Shown here piece after piece: positions 1 through 9,026 of a stretch of DNA of 64,000 nt; position 1 is the stretch's first letter; every line of letters begins with the position of its first letter. This stretch comes from an uncultured Clostridia bacterium (lineage in GTDB: Bacteria > Bacillota > Clostridia > Lachnospirales > Anaerotignaceae): positions 48,009 through 112,008 of the forward strand of contig CALWGF010000005.1 in NCBI GenBank assembly GCA_944379995.1, given 5' to 3'. Below the pieces are notes generated by a model, which worked only from the letters and a program-made list of their open reading frames with translations, was not told the DNA's origin and made no database searches. The translations under genes and the position numbers were made by a program.

Positions 1-39
1 TATAAAATAAATTAATTTTATATTATAAAGGAGTAAGGT

Positions 40-690
40 ATGATAAAAGCAGTTATATTTGATATGGACGGAGTTTTAATAAATAGTCAAGAAACACATT
101 ATAAAGCCGATATTATGGCGCTTTCAGAATGTGGTTTTAATGTTGACCTTCCTTTTGTTATGAAAGGTGCAGGGACAAGTACACTTGAAAGATTTTCAAA
201 ATGGAAAAATGAATTAGGATATGAAAAAGATGCAAAAGAAGTATCTATAAGAAGAGAAGAAATAATGAAAGAACTTTTAATAAATGATGGCGTTGATGGT
301 GTTAAAGGTGCAAAAGAGCTTCTTATGGATATAAAGAAAAATAATATAAAAACTGCTGTTGCAAGTTCATCAGCATATGACCTTATATATACAGTTATTG
401 ATGCACTTGGAGAAAGAGAACTTTTTGATAAAATATTAAGTGGTGAAGATGTAGAAAATGGTAAACCAGCACCAGATGTATTTTTAAAAGCAGCAGAACT
501 TCTTGGTGTTGAGCCTTCAGAATGTATAGTTATAGAAGACTCAACAAATGGTGTAAAAGCTGGAGTAGCTGCTGGAATGAAAGTTCTTGGGTATATAAAT
601 CCTACAAGCGGAGAACAAGACCTTTCAAAAGCAAGTTGTGTAACAGATGATTTTACAAAATTTAATTTTGAAAAGCTTTCATTAATATAA
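40..690 (+). CDS. HAD-family phosphatase (beta-phosphoglucomutase-like, subfamily IA)
   Basis: Motif I FDMDGVL, KPAPDVF and IEDS motifs; AAGGAG RBS. Confidence 0.9.
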   Translation: MIKAVIFDMDGVLINSQETHYKADIMALSECGFNVDLPFVMKGAGTSTLERFSKWKNELGYEKDAKEVSIRREEIMKELLINDGVDGVKGAKELLMDIKKNNIKTAVASSSAYDLIYTVIDALGERELFDKILSGEDVENGKPAPDVFLKAAELLGVEPSECIVIEDSTNGVKAGVAAGMKVLGYINPTSGEQDLSKASCVTDDFTKFNFEKLSLI

Positions 691-705
691 AAGGAGTAGT
701 AATGT

Positions 706-879
706 ATGGAGCTTATAGATATTATAGTTATAGCATTAGCTGTTTTTATAGTTTTTGCAGTAATACATTATAGTATAACAAAAAAGAAAAAAGGAAAATC
801 CACAGGTTGTAGTGGTGGTTGTATTGGTTGTAGTATGAGTAGTCAATGCTCTGCAAATAAAGAAAATAATAAAAAGTAA
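706..879 (+). CDS. FeoB-associated-type small Cys-rich membrane protein, 57 aa (absent from the ORF track)
   Basis: MELIDIIVIALAVFIVFAVIHYSITKKKKGKSTGCSGGCIGCSMSSQCSANKENNKK: one TM helix, a basic patch and CxxxCxxC; AAGGAG RBS at 691-696. Confidence 0.85.
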   Translation: MELIDIIVIALAVFIVFAVIHYSITKKKKGKSTGCSGGCIGCSMSSQCSANKENNKK

Positions 880-906
880 GTTAAAAAAGAAAGGTTTAAA
901 ATAATT

Positions 907-1449
907 ATGAGAATTTTTTCTGATAATACTGTTGCTATTGCAATAGACTTACAAACACATTTAATACCAGCAATAAATAATAATACTGAAATTTTAAAAA
1001 ATAGTATAAAATTTATAGAAGGGCTTAATATTCTTGGTGTACCTGTTATTGTTACAGAACAGTATAAAAAAGGACTTGGAGATACTTGTGATGAAATAAA
1101 AAATATTCTTAAAGAATATAAACCATATGAAAAAATAACATTTAGTGCATATGCTGATATGGATATAAAAGATGCAATAGATTGCCTTGATGTAAAAAAT
1201 ATTTTAATTTTTGGAACAGAATGTCATATATGTGTTGTACAAACAATAATAGACCTTATAGATGCAGGATATAATGTATTTCTTGTTGAAGATTGTACAG
1301 GCTCAAGACGTGAAAATGATAAAAAATATGGTATTAATAGAGCTGAATTTGAAGGTGCTTGTACAGTTACTTCTGAAGCTGTTCTTTTTGAACTTACAGG
1401 TATTGCAAAAACAGAAAAATTTAAAAAAATACTTAAAATAGTTAAATAA
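907..1449 (+). CDS. Isochorismatase-family cysteine hydrolase (YcaC-like)
   Basis: IDLQ, TEQY, EKITFS and GTECHICV motifs. Confidence 0.88.
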   Translation: MRIFSDNTVAIAIDLQTHLIPAINNNTEILKNSIKFIEGLNILGVPVIVTEQYKKGLGDTCDEIKNILKEYKPYEKITFSAYADMDIKDAIDCLDVKNILIFGTECHICVVQTIIDLIDAGYNVFLVEDCTGSRRENDKKYGINRAEFEGACTVTSEAVLFELTGIAKTEKFKKILKIVK

Positions 1450-1452
1450 ATA

Positions 1453-1490
1453 AAAATATCCTGATAAAATTTTTTATCAGGATATTTTAT
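1453..1490. terminator. Bidirectional intrinsic terminator
   Basis: AAAATATCCTGATAAAA/TTTTATCAGGATATTTT inverted repeat between convergent genes. Confidence 0.8.
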
Positions 1491-1518
1491 TTATTTTATA
1501 TATAATTTTGAAAAATAT

Positions 1519-2385
1519 TTATATACATAAAAATTCTTTTGCTTTTTCAATTTCATCATTAAATATACTGTTTTTTCTTGTTACAAAATTTATTGTATGG
1601 TTTACTGGGAAACCCTCAATATCAATTTTTTTTATTGTTCCATTATTTAATTCTTCTAAAACAACAGCTTCAAATAAAAATGCTATTCCACAACCTTGTT
1701 TTACTAATGCTTTTTGAACATTTATATTATTAACTTCAATTCTTTTTTTAAAGTCAAGTATATTTATATTATGTCTGTGTAGGCTATGTTCAAGAATATC
1801 TCTATTTCCAGAGCCCTTTTCTCTTATAATAATAGTTTCGTTTGTAATATTTTCTATTGAACAGTTTTCTGTTTTTAATTTATATGAACATACAGGAAAA
1901 TATTTTTGTGTCGAAAAATTTATATAGTTATAATCATCTTTTGGGAAATTACCTTCAACTACTGCAAAATCAATTTCCCCTCTATCAAGTTTATCCAAAA
2001 GAAATTCTGTATTACCTACAACCATATGTATTTCATAAAATGATTTATTACTAAAGTATTGGGCTATTTTTTGTGGCAACATAAATTCTGCTGGTGTTGG
2101 AGTAGAGCCAAAACATATTTTTTTAATACTTTGATTTTTTAATTCATTTTTAAGTCTTTTTTCATCTGCTTGAGCTGTCCTTGCTGATTTTATAAGTTTT
2201 TTTCCTGCTTCTGTAAGATACATTTTTTTACCTTCATATCTAAATAATTGTACATCATAATATTCTTCAAGACTTTTCATTTGTCTTGAAACAGCAGGTT
2301 GTGTAAGATTAAGAGCCTCTGCCGCATGAGTGAAATTCATATAATCACATACTGCTATAAATGTTTCTATTCTTATGTCAATCAT
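1519..2385 (-). CDS. LysR-family transcriptional regulator
   Basis: N-terminal HTH NFTHAAEALNLTQPAVSRQMKSLE; REKGSG in the substrate domain; ATG at 2385 follows a GAGGTG RBS. Confidence 0.92.
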   Translation of the reverse strand: MIDIRIETFIAVCDYMNFTHAAEALNLTQPAVSRQMKSLEEYYDVQLFRYEGKKMYLTEAGKKLIKSARTAQADEKRLKNELKNQSIKKICFGSTPTPAEFMLPQKIAQYFSNKSFYEIHMVVGNTEFLLDKLDRGEIDFAVVEGNFPKDDYNYINFSTQKYFPVCSYKLKTENCSIENITNETIIIREKGSGNRDILEHSLHRHNINILDFKKRIEVNNINVQKALVKQGCGIAFLFEAVVLEELNNGTIKKIDIEGFPVNHTINFVTRKNSIFNDEIEKAKEFLCI

Positions 2386-2503
2386 TTCTATCACCTCATA
2401 TTAATCATAACATAAATGCATAGTTAAATAAATAATAATTATTTTACTTTATGGTTTGGTAATGATATACTTGTTTCAACAAAAGGAAATCGGAGGAGAA
2501 ATT

Positions 2504-3100
2504 ATGAAAGAAAAGAATAAATTTAAAATTTTATGGCAACTTTTTAAAGCAACTTTTACATTAAGTGCTTTCACATTTGGCGGTGGATTTGTAATAGTTT
2601 CACTTATGAAGAAAAAATTTGTTGAAGAACTTGGTTGGCTTGAGGAAGATGAAATGCTTGATATAACAGCAATAGCACAATCATCACCAGGACCAATTCC
2701 CATAAATGCTTCTGTAATACTTGGTTATAGAATGGCAGGAATAGCAGGAACTCTTGTTGCTATACTTGGAACAGCTCTTCCTCCTATGATAGTTATTTCA
2801 CTTATATCAGTTTTTTATACACAGTTTAGAGAAAATCAGGTTATAGCAACTGCATTACAGGTAATGCGTGCAGGTGTTGCAGCAGTAATATTTGACGTTG
2901 TAATAAATCTTGCAAAAAATGTTGTTAAAACAAAAAGAGCTCTTTATATAGGACTTATGACAGTAGCATTTATTGCAACCGTAGTATTTGATGTAAGTGC
3001 TATGCTTGTAATTCTTGTATGTCTTGCAATAGGAATAATTGATGCGGTTATACCAGTAATTAGAAAAGAAGTAGTGGCAAAAGAGGAGGCAAAAATATGA
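2504..3100 (+). CDS. Short-chain chromate transporter (ChrA family), subunit 1
   Basis: FTFGGG and AQSSPGP motifs; start moved to the ATG after GGAGGAG. Confidence 0.9.
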   Translation: MKEKNKFKILWQLFKATFTLSAFTFGGGFVIVSLMKKKFVEELGWLEEDEMLDITAIAQSSPGPIPINASVILGYRMAGIAGTLVAILGTALPPMIVISLISVFYTQFRENQVIATALQVMRAGVAAVIFDVVINLAKNVVKTKRALYIGLMTVAFIATVVFDVSAMLVILVCLAIGIIDAVIPVIRKEVVAKEEAKI

Positions 3101-3651
3101 TATTACAACTTTTTTGGAGTTTTATTCAAGTAGGAATGTTTAGTGTAGGTGGAGGATATGCAGCTATACCACTTATACAAAATCAAATTGTAGATATACA
3201 CAAACTTATGACACTTCAAGAATTTACAGACCTTATTACAATAGCAGAAATGACACCAGGACCAATATCAATAAATTCAGCAACATTTGTTGGTACAAGA
3301 CTTGCAGGTCTTCCGGGTGCTATAATATGTACAATAGGTTGTGTTTTACCATCATTTTTTATATGCCTTGCTCTTGCATTCTTTTATTATAAATATCGTC
3401 AACTTGATGGAGTACAAAAAGTTCTTTCAGCTATGCGTCCAGCAGTAGTTGCTCTTATAGCATCAGCAGGAATTTCAATACTTGTGCTTGGACTTTTTGG
3501 AAGTAGTACAATAGTTTTAAGAGATATAAGAATTGTTGAACTTGGATTATTTGCAGTAGGATTATTCCTTCTTAGAAAATATAAATTAAGTGCAATACAA
3601 ATTATATTTGGTACAGGTGTTGCAGGAACATTAATATATTCATTTATATAA
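3097..3651 (+). CDS. Short-chain chromate transporter (ChrA family), subunit 2
   Basis: FSVGGGYA and AEMTPGPISINSATFVG motifs; ATGA overlap with the upstream gene. Confidence 0.9.
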   Translation: MILQLFWSFIQVGMFSVGGGYAAIPLIQNQIVDIHKLMTLQEFTDLITIAEMTPGPISINSATFVGTRLAGLPGAIICTIGCVLPSFFICLALAFFYYKYRQLDGVQKVLSAMRPAVVALIASAGISILVLGLFGSSTIVLRDIRIVELGLFAVGLFLLRKYKLSAIQIIFGTGVAGTLIYSFI

Positions 3652-3670
3652 TTAAATACAATTTTAATAT

Positions 3671-3710
3671 AAAAAAGCAGTTACTTTTATTTTAAGTAAT
3701 TGCTTTTTTT
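3671..3710 (+). terminator. Intrinsic terminator
   Basis: AAAAAAGCAGTTACTT/AAGTAATTGCTTTTTTT stem with U tract. Confidence 0.8.
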
Positions 3711-3902
3711 ATGTTTAATAAAAAAATACAAAATTTTAAATTTTGTGTTAAAAAACAATCAAATTTACATTTGTAAAAATAAATAGCAAATTTTAAAAAT
3801 GATATTTTTACAAAAATAAAAATGAGTATATGCAAATAGTACATTTTGAACATATATTTTTTGTATTTCTTTCATAAAATAAATAAAAAAATAGTAAAAC
3901 TG

Positions 3903-3931
3903 TTGACTATATATTAATTAACGTTTACAAT
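3903..3931 (+). promoter_or_regulatory. Sigma-A promoter of the polyol catabolic locus
   Basis: TTGACT-17 nt-TACAAT. Confidence 0.7.
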
Positions 3932-3957
3932 TATAAACATAAAGAGAACAGTATTAC

Positions 3958-4001
3958 TTTTACAAAAATAAAAATATGAGTTTTAATTATATTTTGTAAA
4001 A
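3958..4001. promoter_or_regulatory. Putative SorC-type operator
   Basis: TTTTACAAAA...TTTTGTAAAA inverted repeat downstream of the promoter; the left half recurs at 3806-3827. Confidence 0.45.
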
Positions 4002-4023
4002 ATACATAAGGTTGTGATTTTAA

Positions 4024-4980
4024 ATGAGAAAAATTATAGATAATGAAAGAATAATAATTAAAGTTTGTGATATGTATTTCAATGGTATGAAAAAACAATC
4101 AGAAATAGCAAAAGAATTAAATATATCAAGACCTACTGTTTCAAGAATGATAGATATAGCAAAAGAAAAAGGTATTGTAAAAATACTAATATCAGATTTA
4201 TCAGGAAGAAATTATTTTAGTCTTGAAAGAAAACTTGAAGAAAAATTTAATTTAAAAGAAGTTATTATTGTAGATACAAAAGAAGATGATAAAGAACAAA
4301 AAGATGAAATGGGAAAAGCAACTGCTAATTTTCTTGAAAGAATTGTCAAAGAAGGAAGTATAGTAGGTGTTTCGATGGGTACTACAATATCCTGTATAGC
4401 AAAACATATCTCAGGATATTATTCTTATAGAAAACTTCAACTTATACCTATGATTGGTGGTGTTGGTCAGGTTGCAACAGAGCTTCATTCAAATTCAATA
4501 GTTGAAAATCTTGCAAAAAGCTTTGGTGCTAAATATCAGTTTTTACATATACCTGCTATGGTATCAAGCAGTCATATAAAAGAAGAGCTTATGAAAGATG
4601 ATTATATAAAAAATATATTTGATAAAGTAAATAAAATGAATATAGCTCTTTTGGGTATAGGAAGTATATCTGAAGACTCTACGGTAATACATACAGGATA
4701 TTTTGAAAGTAACCAGTATGAAGAATTAAAAAATAATGGTGCTGTTAGTGATATATGTATGAATATTTTAGATGCTAACGGTGACCCATCAAAATTTGAT
4801 ATAAATAACAATGTTATTTCAGTGGATATTGATAGATTTAAAATGACAGAATATTCAATAGGTATTGCAGGAGGTTTAAAAAAAGAAGAGGCAATATTAA
4901 GTGTTATAAGAGGTGGATATATAAATGTACTTGTAACAGATGTCGAGTGTGCTAAACGTCTTCTTGAAAAGAAGTTATAA
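4024..4980 (+). CDS. SorC/DeoR-family sugar-binding transcriptional regulator
   Basis: HTH QSEIAKELNISRPTVSRM; GVSMGTT, IGGVG and LVTD sugar-binding domain motifs. Confidence 0.92.
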   Translation: MRKIIDNERIIIKVCDMYFNGMKKQSEIAKELNISRPTVSRMIDIAKEKGIVKILISDLSGRNYFSLERKLEEKFNLKEVIIVDTKEDDKEQKDEMGKATANFLERIVKEGSIVGVSMGTTISCIAKHISGYYSYRKLQLIPMIGGVGQVATELHSNSIVENLAKSFGAKYQFLHIPAMVSSSHIKEELMKDDYIKNIFDKVNKMNIALLGIGSISEDSTVIHTGYFESNQYEELKNNGAVSDICMNILDANGDPSKFDINNNVISVDIDRFKMTEYSIGIAGGLKKEEAILSVIRGGYINVLVTDVECAKRLLEKKL

Positions 4981-4997
4981 TTTGAAAGGGTTTTGTT

Positions 4998-5450
4998 ATG
5001 ATTAAAATAGCTTTTTTAGCATTTATACTTATGATAGTTCAGACTTTTTTTGCTATATTACAAATAAAAGCATATCAAAAAGAATTAAAAAGTCTTGTTG
5101 GAAAAGGAATATTAGGTATAGGACAGAAAAAGGGTTTTTTAAGTCAAGGTGAAATACTTATTCTTTGTTATGATAGAAACAAAGATAAGGTTATAACTTG
5201 TCGTTCAATGAAAGGAATTACTGTTTTTAACAGATTTAAAGAAAAGAAAAATATTGCAGGTCTTTCTTTAGATGAAGTTAAAAAAATAGCTAAAGATGAA
5301 GATGACATTATAAATAAAAAACTGAGACAAAAAGTACCTTATGACGAGAAGGTACCTGACAAAAGAAAATGTGCACTGCTTCAGGCTGTTGAAGCTGTAA
5401 ACTTAAGACTTCAAAGAGAGGGTAATGGTGAGGAAGCGAAAAGTGCATGA
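4998..5450 (+). CDS. gutM: GutM-family glucitol operon regulator
   Basis: N-terminal TM with QIKAY; MKGITVFNRF motif; upstream of srlA. Confidence 0.8.
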   Translation: MIKIAFLAFILMIVQTFFAILQIKAYQKELKSLVGKGILGIGQKKGFLSQGEILILCYDRNKDKVITCRSMKGITVFNRFKEKKNIAGLSLDEVKKIAKDEDDIINKKLRQKVPYDEKVPDKRKCALLQAVEAVNLRLQREGNGEEAKSA

Positions 5451-5541
5451 AATATTAAAAAAAATAAAAGGAGGTTGTAGTAAGAGTATATACATAGATA
5501 TACAGGGTTTTTAAATTATTATTTGTAGGAGGTTTTGTTTT

Positions 5542-6072
5542 ATGGAAATGTTATCTAATTTAGCCACTAGTTTTATAGGTCTTTTCCAAGCTGGTGGAGA
5601 ACAGTTTATGGGTTATGTTACAGGAATTATACCAACGCTTATTGCTCTTATGACAGCAGTAAATGCTCTTATCAAAATTATCGGTGAAGAAAAAGTTGAA
5701 CGTGCCGCAAGAGTTTGTAGTAAAAATATGATTTTAAGATATACACTTTTACCATTTATGGCAATGTTCTTCTTTACAAATCCTATGGCTTATACATTAG
5801 GAAGATTTCTTGATGAAAAATACAAACCATCTTTTTATGACGCAGCTGTTTCATTTTGTCATCCAATAACAGGTTTATTTCCTCATGCTAATGCTGGTGA
5901 ATATTTTGTATATATGGGTATTGCAACAGGTGTTACAACATTAGGATTAAACATTGGTGACCTTGCTATAAGATACTTCATTGTAGGTATTATTGTTATA
6001 TTAATAAGAGGTATCGTTACTGAAAGAATTTATGTAGCAATGTCTAAAAAGAACGCAGGCAAGGAGGCTTAA
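5542..6072 (+). CDS. srlA: PTS glucitol/sorbitol-family IIC component
   Basis: TNPMAY, FCHPITGLFPHANAGE and IRGIVTE motifs. Confidence 0.92.
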   Translation: MEMLSNLATSFIGLFQAGGEQFMGYVTGIIPTLIALMTAVNALIKIIGEEKVERAARVCSKNMILRYTLLPFMAMFFFTNPMAYTLGRFLDEKYKPSFYDAAVSFCHPITGLFPHANAGEYFVYMGIATGVTTLGLNIGDLAIRYFIVGIIVILIRGIVTERIYVAMSKKNAGKEA

Positions 6073-6074
6073 TT

Positions 6075-7106
6075 ATGTATAAATCTGTAAAAATAACAAA
6101 AGGAAATGGTGGTTGGGGCGGACCATTAGTTATTACTCCTAACGAAAAGAAAAATAAAATAATGTCAGTTACAGGTGGTGGAATTGACCCACTTTGTCAA
6201 AAAATAGCTGATATGACAGGTGCACAAGCTGTTGATGGATTTACAACTTCTGTTCCTGATGATGAAGTTGCTTGTGTTGTTGTTGACTGTGGTGGTACAG
6301 CAAGATGTGGTGTATATCCTAAAAAAAGAATTAATACAGTTAACTTAACACCTGTTGGTCAGGCTGGTCCTTTAGCACAGTTTATTAAAGAAGATATATA
6401 TGTTTCTGGTGTTACAGAAAGTTGTATCCAATACACAGATGAAGTTGAAAAAGCTCCAGCAGCTGAAGAAAAAGATTTCAAAACAAAATATCAAGAAGTT
6501 AAAGCAGAAGCAAAAGCTCAGCATGAAAGTAATGTAAATGCAAAAGGTGGCATTGGTGCTACTGTTACAAAAATAGGTAAAGTAATGGGTGGTGTTGTTG
6601 GTAAATTCTATCAGGCTGGTAGAGAAGCTATCGACACAGTTATAAGAAACGTTTTACCATTTATGGCATTCGTTGCTATGCTTATCGGTATTATTACAAA
6701 ATCAGGACTTGGCGATATTATAGCTAATACAATAGCTCCTTTCGCAGGAAGTCTTCCAGGATTATTAATTATATCAATAGTTTGTGCTATTCCTGTTATA
6801 TCTCCAATACTTGGACCTGGTGCTGTTATAGCTCAGATTGTAGGTACACTTGTAGGTGCTCAGATTGTAGGTACACTTGTAGGTGTTCAGATTGGTACAG
6901 GAGCAATCCCTCCATCATTAGCATTACCTGCACTTTTTGCAATAGATGCTCAGGTTGGTTGTGACTTTATACCTGTTGGTCTTTCTCTTGGAGAAGCTGA
7001 ACCAGAAACAGTTGAATTTGGTGTTCCAGCAGTTATGTTCTCAAGATTAATTACAGCTCCTATTGCTGTTCTTATAGCTTATGGTTTTAGTATTGGTATG
7101 TATTAA
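6075..7106 (+). CDS. srlE: PTS glucitol/sorbitol-family IIB(C) component
   Basis: GGWGGPL, phospho-Cys motif DCGGTARCGVYP, LGPGAVIAQ, GCDFIPVGL. Confidence 0.92.
   Translation: MYKSVKITKGNGGWGGPLVITPNEKKNKIMSVTGGGIDPLCQKIADMTGAQAVDGFTTSVPDDEVACVVVDCGGTARCGVYPKKRINTVNLTPVGQAGPLAQFIKEDIYVSGVTESCIQYTDEVEKAPAAEEKDFKTKYQEVKAEAKAQHESNVNAKGGIGATVTKIGKVMGGVVGKFYQAGREAIDTVIRNVLPFMAFVAMLIGIITKSGLGDIIANTIAPFAGSLPGLLIISIVCAIPVISPILGPGAVIAQIVGTLVGAQIVGTLVGVQIGTGAIPPSLALPALFAIDAQVGCDFIPVGLSLGEAEPETVEFGVPAVMFSRLITAPIAVLIAYGFSIGMY
6831..6884 (+). repeat. Perfect 27-bp tandem duplication inside srlE
   Basis: GCTCAGATTGTAGGTACACTTGTAGGT x2, encoding AQIVGTLVG twice. Confidence 0.95.
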
Positions 7107-7423
7107 TATTTATTAACAATATATATCTAAATTATTTTATATACGGAGAGATACATTTTATATGTACTCTCTGTATATAAAAAATGGTTTCTTATTTGGT
7201 TTTAGTGGTTATTAATAATAGGGTATTAATTATATATAATATTGTACTTTTAGAAAATCAGGATATATAAAATATCCTGACTTTCTAAGAGAAATACAAT
7301 CTCTTATAGATTATAAAGTCTATTTTGACTTAATAATACAAGTTTTCAAAGAGCTTATCTTGACAAAAAAAACTCTGGTAGTATTTTAATTTTTTTGAAA
7401 AGAAAGTGGAGAGGTGCATTAAA

Positions 7424-8728
7424 ATGATAGGAATGAACTACAAATTACAGAAACTTGAAGAAGAAGGCAAACCAATACTTGCAGGTATTGTTGGTGCTGG
7501 TCAGATGGGTAGAGGTATGGTTGGACAGATGCTTTCAATGAAAGGTATGCGTCCAGCAGTAGTTGTTGATGTTAACATTGAAAACGCTAAAAATGCTTAT
7601 ATTCATGCAGGATTAAAAGAAGGTACAGACTTTGTTGAAGCATATACAATAGCTGATGCTGAAAAAGTTCTTGCTGAAGGTAAATTTATTGTAACTGATA
7701 ATAATGAAATCGTTACAAAAACATCATTAATTGATTGTGCTGTTGATGCAACAGGTGTTCCTGAAGTTGGTGCTAAAGTAGCTGTTGATGCTATTAACAA
7801 TAAAAAACATATTGTTATGTTAAATGTTGAAACTGATGTATGTATCGGACATATACTCTATAAAATGGCAAACAATGCTGGTGTTGTTTATACAGGTTCA
7901 GCAGGTGACGAACCGGGTGCTGTTATAGAAATGTTTGATTTTGCTGAAGCTTTAGGTTTTGATGTAAGAGTAGTTGGTAAAGGTAAAAATAATGCTCTTG
8001 ACTTAGAATGTAATCCTGATACAGTAGCAGAAATAGCTAGACAAAAAGGTTCTAGTCCAAAAATGATTACTGCATTTAAAGATGGTACAAAAACAATGGT
8101 TGAAATGACTGCTATGGCTAATGCAACAGGTTTCTTACCAGACGTTGTTGGTGGACATGGTGCTTCAGGTACAGTTAAAGACCTTCCAGATTTATTAAGT
8201 CTTAAATCAGAAGGTAGAGGCGGTATATTAAATAACTATAAAGTAATTGACTTTATAAATGGTGTTGCTCCTGGAGTATTTATTATAATTTCAACAGACC
8301 AGCCAGATATATTACATGAACTTAATTACTTAAGTATGGGAGAAGGACCAAACTTCTGCTTATATAGACCATATCACTTAACAAGTCTTGAAACACCTCT
8401 TTCAGTTGCAAAAGCTTGTATAGACCATGAACCAACAATAGTACCAAGAAAAGGTCTTGTTGCTGAAACAGTTACAGTTGCAAAACGTGACTTAAAGAAA
8501 GGTGAAAACCTTGATGGTATCGGTGGATATACAATAAGAGGTACATTTATGGCAGCAAAAGAAGCAAAAGAACTTAATTGTCTCCCAATGGGACTTGTAA
8601 ATAAAAACACAGTTGTTACAAGAGACATTAAAAAAGGCGAATACATTACATACGATGATGTTGTACTTGATGAAAAATCATTAATGGTACAGCTTAGAAA
8701 ATTACAAGATGCACTTTTCTTAGACTAA
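7424..8728 (+). CDS. NAD(P)-dependent oxidoreductase with C-terminal SAF domain (homoserine-dehydrogenase-like, COG4091 type)
   Basis: Rossmann GAGQMG; LNVE, AGDEP, DGTKTMVEM and LYRPYHL motifs; SAF domain AKRDLKKGE...RDIKKGEYITYDDV; start after GAGAGGTG. Confidence 0.85.
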   Translation: MIGMNYKLQKLEEEGKPILAGIVGAGQMGRGMVGQMLSMKGMRPAVVVDVNIENAKNAYIHAGLKEGTDFVEAYTIADAEKVLAEGKFIVTDNNEIVTKTSLIDCAVDATGVPEVGAKVAVDAINNKKHIVMLNVETDVCIGHILYKMANNAGVVYTGSAGDEPGAVIEMFDFAEALGFDVRVVGKGKNNALDLECNPDTVAEIARQKGSSPKMITAFKDGTKTMVEMTAMANATGFLPDVVGGHGASGTVKDLPDLLSLKSEGRGGILNNYKVIDFINGVAPGVFIIISTDQPDILHELNYLSMGEGPNFCLYRPYHLTSLETPLSVAKACIDHEPTIVPRKGLVAETVTVAKRDLKKGENLDGIGGYTIRGTFMAAKEAKELNCLPMGLVNKNTVVTRDIKKGEYITYDDVVLDEKSLMVQLRKLQDALFLD

Positions 8729-9026
8729 AAATATATATTGCAAATTCTGCTAATATTTATTAGCAGAATTTGCACTTACTAATCCTTATATAATCATCAT
8801 ATCTAATATTTTTCTTATTAATTAATAATTCAATTTATTTAAACAGTTCTTATTTTTTTATTTAGTATATTCAATTCAATCAAATCAAATTGCCGAGATT
8901 ATGTATAATAAGTATATATTTATAAAATAATTAAAAAAACTAATTGAAGTTTAATATTAGTATATGTAAGATTAAGTAATAGTAATATATTTGTTTATAC
9001 AAAGAAAATAGGAGATGAATTTATAT

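Noticed and set aside
6782-6964. Cys-rich repeated peptide ORF resembling a RiPP or metallothionein
   Set aside because: It is an alternate frame of srlE across the 27-bp duplication, with no RBS and no maturation genes.
7360-7390. Internal sigma-A promoter before the SAF oxidoreductase
   Set aside because: TTGACA is present but there is no convincing -10 at 17-bp spacing; left uncalled.
7424-8728. Homoserine dehydrogenase
   Set aside because: The similarity is fold-level only; the SAF domain and sugar-PTS context argue against threonine/methionine synthesis.
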